From the NCBI GenBank assembly GCA_958296135.2, contig CATQHZ020000001.1, positions 416,001-480,000 on the forward strand: a DNA stretch of 64,000 bases. Direction: 5' to 3'. The notes under the pieces were generated by a model that was not told the DNA's origin, did not search any database, and saw only the letters and a program-made list of their open reading frames with translations. Every line of letters begins with the position of its first letter. Position 1 is the stretch's first letter. This document shows positions 41,897-51,562 of the stretch, piece by piece. The position numbers and the translations under genes were made by a program. The stretch comes from an uncultured Poribacteria bacterium (GTDB lineage Bacteria > Poribacteria > WGA-4E > WGA-3G).

Positions 41897-42062
41897 AGCA
41901 TATATCCTCAGGCGGCTCGCGCATGGGTGCGTGTATGCCACCCCGCCGAGCAGTTTGAACATCTCGTGAATTGTCGGCCCAAGGCATTTCTTTCGGATAA
42001 GGACGGATATCGTTCATATCCGTCCTTATCGCTCATAGCCGGTGCGGTGTGCCGTGCGCCGT

Positions 42063-43175
42063 TTACGATTCCAAGCGCATCGGCATGATGAGACACGTAT
42101 GCCCCGGCTCCTCCGCGGGCTTCGCCACGACCGGATTCAACTCGCCGGAGAACTCCAGTTGGATATTTTCCGCGTCAATGTGCGAGAGTGCTTCCATGAG
42201 CAGGCGTGCATCGAACCCGATCCGCACACTTTTCGTGCAAGATTCCACGGCGACGGTTTCGTGTGCTTCCCCCAGTTCCGGTGTCTTCGCCGAAATCCGT
42301 ATGTTCTGCTCTTCCTCGTTAATCTCCAAGCAGATGGAGTAGTTTTTCGGGTTGGACAACAAGGAGACCCGGCGTGTGGCTCTCAGCATCGATTCGCGAT
42401 GTAAAACGGTGCGGCCCTCTGTCGTATCGGGTTCGGGGATAATTTTCTCGTACTTCGGATATTCTCCTTCAACCAACCGCGTTGTCAGCGTCGCGTTCTC
42501 ATCGGAGAACAAGATCTGGTTTTCAGCGATGGAGACGTTCACCGCGTCCGAATCGGAGAAGGTTTTGGCGATTTCGCGGACGGCTTTGAGCGGCACGATG
42601 AACCCGGTTACGCCTTCCGGGGGTGTGAGCGGGGCGCAGTGCGCCAGCGCGAGTTGTCGGCCATCCGTTGCAACCACCTCTGTCCTATCTTCGAGGAGGT
42701 TGAAATAGAGGCCGTTGAGAAAGTACCGGACTTCTTCGGTGGATGCCGCGAATTCGGTTTTCGCGAGCACGCCGCGCAGTGTTGCGCCATCAATGTTCAG
42801 TGCCTCACCGTCAATCGAGGGCAGTTGCGGGAATTCTTCATCGGGCAGGCCAATGATTTTGTAAACGCCGTTGCCGCATTCTAATTCCACCCGGTCGTTC
42901 GCGGTAGTGGTGAGGCGTATGTCCTCGGCTGGCAGCTCTTTGACAATGTCCGCTAATTTTTTGGCGGAAACGGTGATAGCACCTTCTTCGCTGATAGTCC
43001 CATCCACCTTGACGCGGATGCCTACCTCGAGGTCAGTGGCGATACATTCAATTTTTCCTTCATCCGCCTTGATAAGGACGTTTGAAAGAATCGGTAAGGT
43101 ATTGCGGCCACCTGCAACGCCTTGTAGCACTTGTAGCGAGCGCAAGAGGGGTTCTTTTTGAAACGTTAATTCCAT
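42063..43175 (-). CDS. dnaN: DNA polymerase III beta sliding clamp
   Basis: LPILSNVLI, ATDLE, RYFLNG, VATDGRQL, RLVEGEYP, LIMPMRL. Confidence 0.98.
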   Translation of the reverse strand: MELTFQKEPLLRSLQVLQGVAGGRNTLPILSNVLIKADEGKIECIATDLEVGIRVKVDGTISEEGAITVSAKKLADIVKELPAEDIRLTTTANDRVELECGNGVYKIIGLPDEEFPQLPSIDGEALNIDGATLRGVLAKTEFAASTEEVRYFLNGLYFNLLEDRTEVVATDGRQLALAHCAPLTPPEGVTGFIVPLKAVREIAKTFSDSDAVNVSIAENQILFSDENATLTTRLVEGEYPKYEKIIPEPDTTEGRTVLHRESMLRATRRVSLLSNPKNYSICLEINEEEQNIRISAKTPELGEAHETVAVESCTKSVRIGFDARLLMEALSHIDAENIQLEFSGELNPVVAKPAEEPGHTCLIMPMRLES

Positions 43176-43210
43176 TCTTCACATCTCCTATAGCGTTCAA
43201 TGATTATTAA

Positions 43211-43239
43211 ATTATACCTTAAAATCGTGTGGAAGTCAA
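43211..43239 (-). promoter_or_regulatory. sigma70 promoter for dnaN
   Basis: TTGACT-17-TATAAT; a divergent TTGACA-18-TATCAT lies at 43271-43300. Confidence 0.7.
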
Positions 43240-43382
43240 GGAATTTCTGAGTTAAGCGGCGGCAATTCTCTTGACATCCTTCCTGTTTTTAGTATATCAT
43301 ATTCTTAGGAAAATCAACAAGAAAAAAATTCATTACCTCTTCTCAAAACACGTGATGCGACTCCCAAATCGCCTAGAAAACA

Positions 43383-45314
43383 ATGCAGAATACCGTACCA
43401 CAGACCGGACACGCCATTGCGAAACGCGCTGTCTTCATCGGCGCAGTCCTCATCATTGCGAATAGTTATTGGATCGCCTACGTGGAGATGATCTGGCATA
43501 CGGCGCATCTTACCACTGTCGCCATGTCGGTAAACGTCATGTTCGGCATTTTGATGATTACGGTGCTGAACCTCGGCGTGCAGCGCATCGTTCCGCGCGC
43601 CGCGTTGCAACAGCGCGACCTGCTCATCGTCTACGCTATGCTCGCTGTCGGCAGTGCCTTTTCGGGCCACGATTGCATCCCGCGCTTGATGGGGCTCATC
43701 CCGTATGCCTTCCGTTTCGCTACGCCGGAGAATGACTGGGAGGCACTGCTGTTCCATCATCTCCCCGAATGGCTCGTGGTGAAAGACCCGAGGGTTGTCC
43801 ACGATTTCTACGAAGGCGAGGTGAACTTCTTTACCGAAGGATACCTGCAGTATTGGATTGTGCCGATTTTGTCCTGGTCTGCCGTGATTTTCCTGCTGAT
43901 GCTGATTTTCTTATGCCTCACTTCGCTTATCCGCAAGCAGTGGTTGGAGAACGAAAAGCTAGCGTATCCGATTATCCAAATTCCGCTGGAGATAACTGCG
44001 GGCCGTAGCATTTTCAAAAACCGTCTGCTGTGGTTCGGTTTTGGAATCGCCGCCGGGATAAACCTGCTTAACGGGTTGCAGTTCTTTTTTCCGGTGCTGC
44101 CGGAAATTCCTGTGAGAAAGTATGATCTGAATATTTACTTCACACAGAAGCCGTGGAGCGCGATGGGCAGCACCCCGCTCCGATTCCATCCCTATCTGCT
44201 AGGGTTTTCGTTCATTTTGCCGTTGGATTTGGCGTTTTCCTGTACCTTCTTCTATTTCATGAAAAAGGGGCAGCTGCTCTTCGGGAGCATGGCGGGTGTG
44301 GCGACGTTTCAGGGTTACCCGTTTTTCGGTGAACAAGGTGCTGGTGCGCTGCTTGCGCTTCTGGCGATGGCTTGCTGGCATGCGCGCAAGCATTTTGCAT
44401 CTGTGTTATCGCAGGTATTTCGTCCGCATCGCGAAACCTCGAAAACGGAGGCACTCTCGCATCGCAGCGCGGTGATAACGCTCGGTGTCTCTCTGCTTTT
44501 GCTGGCGATATTCTGTGTGCGTGGCGGGATGTCGGTGTGGGCGTTCGCGATTTTCATTGCGATTTACCTGATGATTGTTGTCGGGTTGACGCGGATGCGC
44601 GCGGAACTGGGCCCGCCGATACACGCCATCGGCTATTTGACACCGCAATATATGATGATTTCGCTGCTTGGGACGCGGCGTTTGAGGCCGGGGAACCTCA
44701 CGATGCTCTCGCTGCTGAATTGGCTGAGCGGTGCGAGTTACGCCTCTTTCCGAACACATCCTATGCCAGAGCAACTGGAGGCGTTCAAGCTTGCGGAACG
44801 CACCGGCATTCGCAACCGCACGATGTTCATCGTGCTCGTGATTGCGAGTCTCGTCGGGATTTTGTCAAGTTTGATTCTCTATCCGTATGCGATTTACCGG
44901 GAGGGTGTCGCCGCGGGTTCCGAGCAAATTCATGCGGGCGGTGCGGATACATACAACTTCCTCTCATCATGGCTGGTGAATCCGAAACCGACGGATTGGC
45001 TGGCGACATCAGTTTTGTGCCTCGCTTTTGCGGCGAATTTGGGCATCATGTTCCTCCGCTCGCGTTTCGTGTGGTGTCCGTTGCATCCGGCGGGGTATGT
45101 CATCGGCGTTGCGCCGGGGACGACAGATGTGATTTGGTTTCCGCTTTTCCTCGCGATGGTAACGAAGTGGGTTATCCTTCGGCACGGCGGCGTGAATGCG
45201 TATCGGCGTGCGGTGCCGTTTTTTATCGGTTTGGTGCTCGGTGAGGCGTTGATGGGCTGTTTCTGGCCGCTGTTGAGTCTGGTGTTGCGTTCGGCGGTGT
45301 ATAGTTGGATTTAA
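43383..45314 (+). CDS. Polytopic membrane protein, OPT-like/DUF6785-type putative transporter
   Basis: Many TM segments; RKQWLENEKLAYP, RMRAELG, PLHPAGY, FFIGLVLGE. Confidence 0.75.
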   Translation: MQNTVPQTGHAIAKRAVFIGAVLIIANSYWIAYVEMIWHTAHLTTVAMSVNVMFGILMITVLNLGVQRIVPRAALQQRDLLIVYAMLAVGSAFSGHDCIPRLMGLIPYAFRFATPENDWEALLFHHLPEWLVVKDPRVVHDFYEGEVNFFTEGYLQYWIVPILSWSAVIFLLMLIFLCLTSLIRKQWLENEKLAYPIIQIPLEITAGRSIFKNRLLWFGFGIAAGINLLNGLQFFFPVLPEIPVRKYDLNIYFTQKPWSAMGSTPLRFHPYLLGFSFILPLDLAFSCTFFYFMKKGQLLFGSMAGVATFQGYPFFGEQGAGALLALLAMACWHARKHFASVLSQVFRPHRETSKTEALSHRSAVITLGVSLLLLAIFCVRGGMSVWAFAIFIAIYLMIVVGLTRMRAELGPPIHAIGYLTPQYMMISLLGTRRLRPGNLTMLSLLNWLSGASYASFRTHPMPEQLEAFKLAERTGIRNRTMFIVLVIASLVGILSSLILYPYAIYREGVAAGSEQIHAGGADTYNFLSSWLVNPKPTDWLATSVLCLAFAANLGIMFLRSRFVWCPLHPAGYVIGVAPGTTDVIWFPLFLAMVTKWVILRHGGVNAYRRAVPFFIGLVLGEALMGCFWPLLSLVLRSAVYSWI

Positions 45315-45316
45315 TG

Positions 45317-45355
45317 CAGTAGGCGAGCCCGCCCTGTCTTGATATTCCCCGGTAG
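45317..45355 (+). repeat. Left arm of a 39-bp inverted repeat (partner at 47692-47730)
   Basis: cagtaggcgagcccgccctgtcttgatattccccggtag; 4 mismatches to the partner. Confidence 0.8.
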
Positions 45356-45564
45356 CATCTACAAGTCAAGCTCTCCCGAAGTTCTGGAAACCTATAGGTT
45401 CTCCAGAGCATCAGACGAGCACAAACGACAGAGGGGAAAACTGAATCGCTCTATGTTACGGAAGAATATGCTGGTAAGGACAAGGGAGATGAGCGAACAG
45501 ACGACGATGTGTTTGCACATGTGGTTCTCTATCGGTTGTGCGGTGTTGCGCGCTATCGGTTTTC

Positions 45565-46116
45565 CTATTCTCTCGGATGCCGATATTCCGGTTTTGGGTT
45601 AATCAGGAGCGTGTTGTCAAGCGGGAGACTGACATGCTGATTTCCGTTTTTCAGTGTCACGCGCCGAGGTTGGATATCGGTAACCTGAAAGTCGCCGAGG
45701 GTGTCACCGACGGAGACGATGTGCGTCCGTCGCGTTGCGCTGTCTTGCAGGATGGCCCGCGCGGGCGTATCGCTATTTGTTAACGTTCCGAGGAGCTGAT
45801 AGGCGGGGTTGTTTTTTCGCGGCTGTCTCCATCCGAGCGGGCGGAACAGGTTGTTGTCAATAATTATCCGATAGAAGTCGTTGTCAAGGCGGTTCTCTGT
45901 TTGCGGTTGTGGACGAGGGCGTTCGCGCCGCGGTTTCGGTTGTGGTGCGCGGGTTTCTACCGCGGATACCTGCGTTTGCTTTTCGGGTGTTGCAGGTTTC
46001 GGTTTCTGTTTGAATCCGGCAGCGTGACATCCTTTCGGACGCGGATTTCTTTTCCGCTTGTCTCTGCCTGATACTTCTGCTTTTTGAAGAAGCCGAAGAA
46101 CCCGTTTGTGAGCCAT
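45565..46116 (-). CDS. GspC/PilP-like domain protein, probably 5'-truncated
   Basis: NNLFRPLG..YQLLGT..AIL..VSVGDTLG.FQVTDIQPRRVTL; no N-terminal anchor; overlaps the upstream ORF. Confidence 0.55.
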   Translation of the reverse strand: MAHKRVLRLLQKAEVSGRDKRKRNPRPKGCHAAGFKQKPKPATPEKQTQVSAVETRAPQPKPRRERPRPQPQTENRLDNDFYRIIIDNNLFRPLGWRQPRKNNPAYQLLGTLTNSDTPARAILQDSATRRTHIVSVGDTLGDFQVTDIQPRRVTLKNGNQHVSLPLDNTLLINPKPEYRHPRE

Positions 46117-46427
46117 ATCCGACCGATCCTCGTCGAGCTGCCATCATATTGCGCGAGGGTGGGGCCGCCGTTGAACGAGAAATTGACAAGCGATGCCTTT
46201 CCTTCGCCGATGCCGTTGGCCTCCGCGTAGACAGCGACATGCTGCTCCCGGCTGGGGTCCCACGTCACGCGCCCGTCCTGATTTATCCACCTCGTGACTT
46301 CCGTGGATCGATAGTTCATCGACGGAACTATAAGTGGGTCTTCGTGAAATGTAACATCGGAATGGGCCCCAGAAAGAAAAAGGAGGGAGCCCAGTGTGAG
46401 AATGAGGACTGTTAACGTTTTCATCAT
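45957..46427 (-). CDS. Secreted hypothetical protein, possibly 3'-truncated
   Basis: AAGGAGG RBS and a clear signal peptide; out-of-frame overlap with the next ORF. Confidence 0.6.
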   Translation of the reverse strand: MMKTLTVLILTLGSLLFLSGAHSDVTFHEDPLIVPSMNYRSTEVTRWINQDGRVTWDPSREQHVAVYAEANGIGEGKASLVNFSFNGGPTLAQYDGSSTRIGRIWLTNGFFGFFKKQKYQAETSGKEIRVRKDVTLPDSNRNRNLQHPKSKRRYPR

Positions 46428-46435
46428 GAACCTCC

Positions 46436-47203
46436 TTAACGATATTCGTCGGGGATGAGGTAGTCGAGCCCCATCTTCCGATATTCGGCGTATTTGAGGC
46501 GCGCTCCCTCCTCGGTGGTGCGCCGATCCCTATCGCGTTTCTGCTCTTCTGTCCAGTCGGACGGAAAATAGTTCGTTGAGTAGATGACCGGAATGTCACC
46601 GATGTATTCCCGTTCCATCTGTCTCAGTTGTGCTAAGAGATGGGGCAGCCGCGGGTCTGATGAAGCTAAGCGATTCGCCTCAATACGGATTTCTTCGTAG
46701 TGTGCGAACTGTTCGGGTGTCGGTCGGAACCCGGGTTCAAGTCTCACGTCGAAGATGGGGTCTCCTTCTGGGTGTAAGATGGGTTCTCCGTTTGCATCTC
46801 GGCGTGCGGTGATGCCGAGTTCGTGTTGCAGGTCATCGTCCCAGATGTAGGTGTATCCCTCCGGCGGTGGTGGTACGCCGAGTTGTCGCCAGTATTGCGC
46901 TGCCATTTCCCGCAGTTTTTCTTCAGAGAAGTTGGAGAAATCGGAATAGATGCCTGGGGCGATTTCTGACGAGGTGCCTATAGGTGCTTCGTGCGGTTCG
47001 GCGTGCCATTCGTCACCGTGCCAGTGGCCGGCGGCCTCGGTTTCCTGTTCGGACACCTCGGTATTGGCGACCTGCTGCGGTTCTGGCTCGGGTGGTTGTG
47101 GTAGCGATGCATCAAACTGCGCCATGTTCCATTCGGCATAAAAGTGCCAGCCGAGGCAGAGCGCGAGAATGATGCCGATCGCGATGACGAGTGTTCGGTT
47201 CAT
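46436..47203 (-). CDS. Membrane-anchored hypothetical protein with GHWHGDEWH motif
   Basis: AAGGAG RBS before ATG 47203; N-terminal TM helix; Pro-rich linker. Confidence 0.75.
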   Translation of the reverse strand: MNRTLVIAIGIILALCLGWHFYAEWNMAQFDASLPQPPEPEPQQVANTEVSEQETEAAGHWHGDEWHAEPHEAPIGTSSEIAPGIYSDFSNFSEEKLREMAAQYWRQLGVPPPPEGYTYIWDDDLQHELGITARRDANGEPILHPEGDPIFDVRLEPGFRPTPEQFAHYEEIRIEANRLASSDPRLPHLLAQLRQMEREYIGDIPVIYSTNYFPSDWTEEQKRDRDRRTTEEGARLKYAEYRKMGLDYLIPDEYR

Positions 47204-47216
47204 GAGCATTCTCCTT

Positions 47217-47395
47217 GCATGGCGAGGGACAGTGGACATCTCTGCAGCGAGGCTGCAGAGAGGACAAAGTTAAAGTAAGGTAGCGTGTTTACGCGGGGCG
47301 ACACACGCACATTTTCTGTAGACGTGACCGTGTTTACGCGGGGCGACACACGCACATTTTCTGTAGGCGTGACCGTAACGGCCCTCGTCCTACGG
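47217..47395 (+). mobile_element. REP carrying a 148-bp nested element with a 45-bp internal tandem repeat
   Basis: Insert 47232-47379 between GAGGGACA and GGCCCTC; near-identical copy at 30271-30448. Confidence 0.8.
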
Positions 47396-47433
47396 TGATG
47401 CGCGGTTGCGAGCCGCGCGGTTTTGTAGGTTTC

Positions 47434-47658
47434 CTACAAAAAAGAAAGTTGTCTCGCGCAGAGATTGCGCGACACGTGATGATGTCCTTGCCAAAAACAG
47501 ACAGGAGCATGTAACGGATGCAGAACGTGAGACCCTGCACCGTACAATTCGGACGGTGCTTCCGACAGATACTCGCGCAACCGCTGATGGAACGTGTTCA
47601 AGCGCGATGTCACCGTCCCTTTTGGGAGAGAACCAAATCGCTCTGCAATAATCAGCAT
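47434..47658 (-). pseudogene. Remnant of ECF sigma factor region 4
   Basis: IAERFGSLPKGTVTSRLNTFHQRLREYL resembles IAxxLGxPxGTVKSRLxRARxxLR; cut by a REP. Confidence 0.5.
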
Positions 47659-47724
47659 CTACCAAGGGACATCGAGACCGGGAGGTCTCTCCTACCGGGG
47701 AATATCAAGACAGGGAAGGCTATC

Positions 47725-49200
47725 CTACTGTGTTACACCGAGGTGCACTTCGCAGGAGAGACTGCCCTGCAAACGGAACGGCACGCGCAAGCCCTCTTGC
47801 GTCAAATAGAGTGCCTCCGGGGTAACCGAATCGACTGTGCCGTGCAAGGTAACATAGGAGCCGATCTTTCGGTTTTCGATGACACGAACTAACATCTCTC
47901 GTAAATCTGTCAACCGTTCTTCTAGTGAGAAAACCAGTTTGTCCTCAACTGTTGTCCGTAGGTTTGGAAAGATGCCCTCGCCGATGTCTTCGGCAAACCC
48001 CAAAAGCAGACTTTGCGTCGTCAGCGCGTAGTTGAATTCGGTGACAGCGATGGACATCGCCGTTGCATCGTATACCGGCGTTCCGAGGAGGTAGAGTTGT
48101 CCGCGTGCGTCAAAGGCGGGCATGTTGAAGGCGACTCCTGCGACGAGTTGATTTCCGCTGCCGTAAAGGGACAAGGTTTCAACGTGCGTCTCAATGCCTT
48201 TCAAGTCATGTGCCTTTTCAACATGCGGTTCCGCCAATTTTTCAATGGCAGTGTAGGCGACTTCAATAGGCGCGAGAATGTGGTATCCCGATTCAAGCGC
48301 GTCCACGAATTGTAAGTCTGGCAGGGGTTTCTGTTCGGATGGTGCGCCTTCAAGTTGCGCTGCGGCGATATCCCCGATGAGCACCTGAATATAGGCTTTT
48401 ATGCCGAGGCTGATGAAGACGGTTTCCTCGTTCCCTGACAGGTGTTGCGAGGCGATTTCTAGCGGTTCCATGACAAGGACGATAGGCGGTTCATCTCGCA
48501 CCTTTGTGGGTTCTTGGAGGCGTTCCCATACGCTCGCGACGCGCGTTTTGACATCGACCCGGGCGATGTAAGTCACAATCAGTTCTTCTAATTTCGGGGC
48601 GACGACATCTTCCACCAATCGCGTAAAGATGCCCCGAATGGAGATGGGGATGCCCCAGAAGCGGAGTGTTGCCTCCTGAATTATAATGTCAAGTTCACTT
48701 TCCGGCTGAATGCTCCAATCCGAATTGAGCCTTAATTTGAGGGTTAGCGTCGCGGTTGCCTTGCCGGTAAAATTCTCGCGCTTCCGAATCACTTTTCCGA
48801 GCACCTTTTTAGATGCACGGGCCCAGCCCTTAAACTGAAAGGGCAGCTGCACCGAGATGGTGCTGTCGGGTGCGCCCGTCATCGTCATCGTGCCCGGCAT
48901 GAGGTTGACGAAAGACTCAATAGTGATGCCCTTGACGGTGTCTTCGCGCTGGATGGGCTTGCGGAGAAAGTCGCCGAGTGCAGAGGCCGCGACCTCCTTC
49001 ACATCCGCGATGGGCAATTTTGCATGCACAGCGATGGTTGAGGGTGTCGGCGGCGGTAACGGTATCGGCGTGACTTCCCGCGGTGGCGCGGGTGCTTCTA
49101 CTGTCCGTTCTGAACCGCTTGGAATGAAGAGGAAGCGCGCGATAAGAAGTAGCGCGATGCCGATAGCGGCGATGAGAATGATTTTTGTTCGTTTGTCCAT
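47725..49200 (-). CDS. DUF4403-like membrane-anchored protein
   Basis: N-terminal TM helix; G.LYL.G.P.YD motif; 491 aa. Confidence 0.7.
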   Translation of the reverse strand: MDKRTKIILIAAIGIALLLIARFLFIPSGSERTVEAPAPPREVTPIPLPPPTPSTIAVHAKLPIADVKEVAASALGDFLRKPIQREDTVKGITIESFVNLMPGTMTMTGAPDSTISVQLPFQFKGWARASKKVLGKVIRKRENFTGKATATLTLKLRLNSDWSIQPESELDIIIQEATLRFWGIPISIRGIFTRLVEDVVAPKLEELIVTYIARVDVKTRVASVWERLQEPTKVRDEPPIVLVMEPLEIASQHLSGNEETVFISLGIKAYIQVLIGDIAAAQLEGAPSEQKPLPDLQFVDALESGYHILAPIEVAYTAIEKLAEPHVEKAHDLKGIETHVETLSLYGSGNQLVAGVAFNMPAFDARGQLYLLGTPVYDATAMSIAVTEFNYALTTQSLLLGFAEDIGEGIFPNLRTTVEDKLVFSLEERLTDLREMLVRVIENRKIGSYVTLHGTVDSVTPEALYLTQEGLRVPFRLQGSLSCEVHLGVTQ

Positions 49201-49212
49201 AGTGTTTACCTG

Positions 49213-49902
49213 TCAATCTCCAGACCGTTTTTCAAGCGTCTTCTCGCCGAGGGTGCGGGATGTCACCAGCGAAAAGAAATAACTGACGAGGGCACTCGCC
49301 TGCGTGAGTATGCCCGCGAAGACTTTCTGCAGGCTCCGATTGTCAACGCCGAAGTCGTCGGCAATCTGTGGGTAGTTGCTACTTTTGCGATACGCTGGAC
49401 TAGCGCGGCGTAACCGGTGAAGTTCCAGCATAAAATAGCAGTAATCTCGAAGGGCAGCCTGCCGGTCTGACAGAATCTCGAGGAAACAAGCGAGGGTGTC
49501 CTTACTCGCCAACGTCCGCCGTTGTTCAACCGGAACCAACTTTTTGAGTTCCGCGATGTTCAGCGAGTCAATGCAAAGCGTGTAAAGACTTGCCATCAAC
49601 GCGTCAAAATCTCGCTGTTCGTCCGGTGCCGGGAGTGTCAAATCGGCGATGTAGTGCTCCGCATCGGGGTGTGGCGGCAGCAACAACTGCCAGCCGAGGT
49701 ATTCATAACCGTGCGCTTGCAACCGGTAATATCCATCTCGGAACCAGTTCTGCGGATGCTTGGCGTTCTGGAAGGGGAAGCTCTTAATGTAGAGTCGATA
49801 ATAGTCCTCGCTCACGCTGCCGTTTGGCGGGATGTTGTGGGCGCGCCAGTGCAGTTGCTCCGCATACGGCAGTTCTGCTTCTGTGCAGGGGTACCTTTCT
49901 TT
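49213..49902 (-). pseudogene. 5'-truncated hypothetical (possible degenerate HEPN-like C-terminal domain)
   Basis: Frame is open upstream of GTG 49815 (ELPYAEQLHWRAHNIPPNG) back to a TGA with no ATG/GTG/TTG; IDSLN and LRRASPAYRK motifs. Confidence 0.45.
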
Positions 49903-50191
49903 TCACTCTATTTGGGTTCCATCTTTAGGGGCCCTCTTTTTCATGAACTTGAGTTTTGCATCATGCTCATACCAAATGCGGTTGATTTGTCTTACCGCTG
50001 TAGGGGAACTAGATGAGTTCCTCGGGTCTTGACATGTTTGGCCGCCCACCCATAGGCGAGCCCGAACGACTCAGGTTCATTTAGTATAACATATCTCTTT
50101 GCCATTTGGCAACTTAATTGTTGGACATAACCCGACGAATAGAAAAATGGCTGATGGCAAAATCTGTCCGGGCTTGATACATCTCAACTAT

Positions 50192-50322
50192 CGGGACCGG
50201 GAGAACCCTCCTACCGAGACGCCTCGGGACCAGGAGAACCCTCCTACCGGGACGCGGCAGATTAAGGACAGAGGTCCCGCCTACCGGAATACGGCAGATT
50301 AAGGACGGAGGGCCCGCCTACC
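50192..50322 (-). repeat. REP array (two GGAGAACCCTCCTACC and two GGCAGATTAAGGAC..CCGCCTACC units)
   Basis: Direct repeats visible; the last unit provides the solA stop codon. Confidence 0.8.
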
Positions 50323-51484
50323 AAAACCGACGAATGGAAAAATGGCTGATGTCAAAACTTGTTTTGTCTGTCTGCGCTAATTCGTTCATGATGCGGCCGA
50401 CGAGGGCGCAAAACTTGAAACCGTGCCCAGAAAACCCGGCGGCAATCAGCACATCAGGGCAGTCGGGATGCGCATCGATGATAAAATCTTCGTCCGGCGT
50501 TTCGGTGTAGAGGCACACCTCCGCGTGAGCCGCTTTACCAAGACTCGGTATCCGTTCTTGCACGTAGGCATCGAGCCGCGCAATGTAATCGGCATCAGGG
50601 GTGCGGTTGCAGGTATCCGGGGAGATAGGCTGTCCCCATCCGTGCCGCGCTACTTTTACGCCGTTTTTTCCGAAATCAGGGATGCCGTAGAAAAATTCGT
50701 TCTCCGCGGTTACCTCAACGAAGACAGGGAACCGCTCTGGTGTGTAAGCGTGGCTGTTTTTATCCGCCGGCCGGTAATAGCAGACCTGTTGCCGTGTCAC
50801 GGTGAGCGGGAGATTCAATTCGGCGACGAGCCTCTCTGTCCACGCCCCCGTTGTTACGATAATCTTTCTCGCGCGAAAGTGCCCGTCCTTTGTCTCAACA
50901 CGCGGTACATCTGCGTGCCAGTCTATCCGCGTGACAGGTGTGTTCTCCCGGATGTCTGCGCCGTGGCGTTCTGCTAATTGCAAGTGCGTTGCGACGCAGG
51001 CGGCTGCATGCAGGAACCCGCTGTCCTGCTGCCAGAGGATGTCCATCCCCTTTGGCACCTGGAATTGCGGAAAACGCCGCGCTAAGCGTTCGGCATCCCA
51101 TTCCTCGGATGCAACACCCGCCGTCTCCAAATTCTCACGGGTGGCCAGGCTATAGTGATTTCCTGCAACGCCGAGGCTGACGCTCCCGGTGGTGAACAGC
51201 AGCGGCGTGCTGGCCTCCTTCTCCACGGCGCGCCATTCGGCGTAGGCGGATTTCATCAATTCGGTGTAGAACGGCTTATCGTAGAACAACCGGATGATGC
51301 GGGTTTCGCCGTGCGAACTGCCGAAGGTGTGCCCGCGCTGGAACTGTTCTAAGACGAGGACACTTGCGCCAGCTTTGGCGATGTGATAGGCGGCGGCACT
51401 GCCCATTCCGCCTGCGCCGATAACGATGGCATCGTAGATTTTTGTTGTTCGCGAGGCGTTCAATAACGTATCTGGTGCAATCAC
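50318..51484 (-). CDS. solA: N-methyl-L-tryptophan oxidase / monomeric sarcosine oxidase family
   Basis: IGAGGMG, GSSHGETRIIR, CLYTETPDEDFIID, GFSGHGFKF. Confidence 0.9.
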   Translation of the reverse strand: MIAPDTLLNASRTTKIYDAIVIGAGGMGSAAAYHIAKAGASVLVLEQFQRGHTFGSSHGETRIIRLFYDKPFYTELMKSAYAEWRAVEKEASTPLLFTTGSVSLGVAGNHYSLATRENLETAGVASEEWDAERLARRFPQFQVPKGMDILWQQDSGFLHAAACVATHLQLAERHGADIRENTPVTRIDWHADVPRVETKDGHFRARKIIVTTGAWTERLVAELNLPLTVTRQQVCYYRPADKNSHAYTPERFPVFVEVTAENEFFYGIPDFGKNGVKVARHGWGQPISPDTCNRTPDADYIARLDAYVQERIPSLGKAAHAEVCLYTETPDEDFIIDAHPDCPDVLIAAGFSGHGFKFCALVGRIMNELAQTDKTSFDISHFSIRRFW

Positions 51485-51562
51485 GTCTCTCTCCGTCCAT
51501 CCGTCATCGACGTTGTCGATGACTACGTTTCGTGAGCTACCCTTTAGGTTCGCCCGATTGCG

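Noticed and set aside
43176-43382. oriC next to dnaN
   Set aside because: No convincing TTATCCACA boxes; the AT-richness is explained by divergent promoters.
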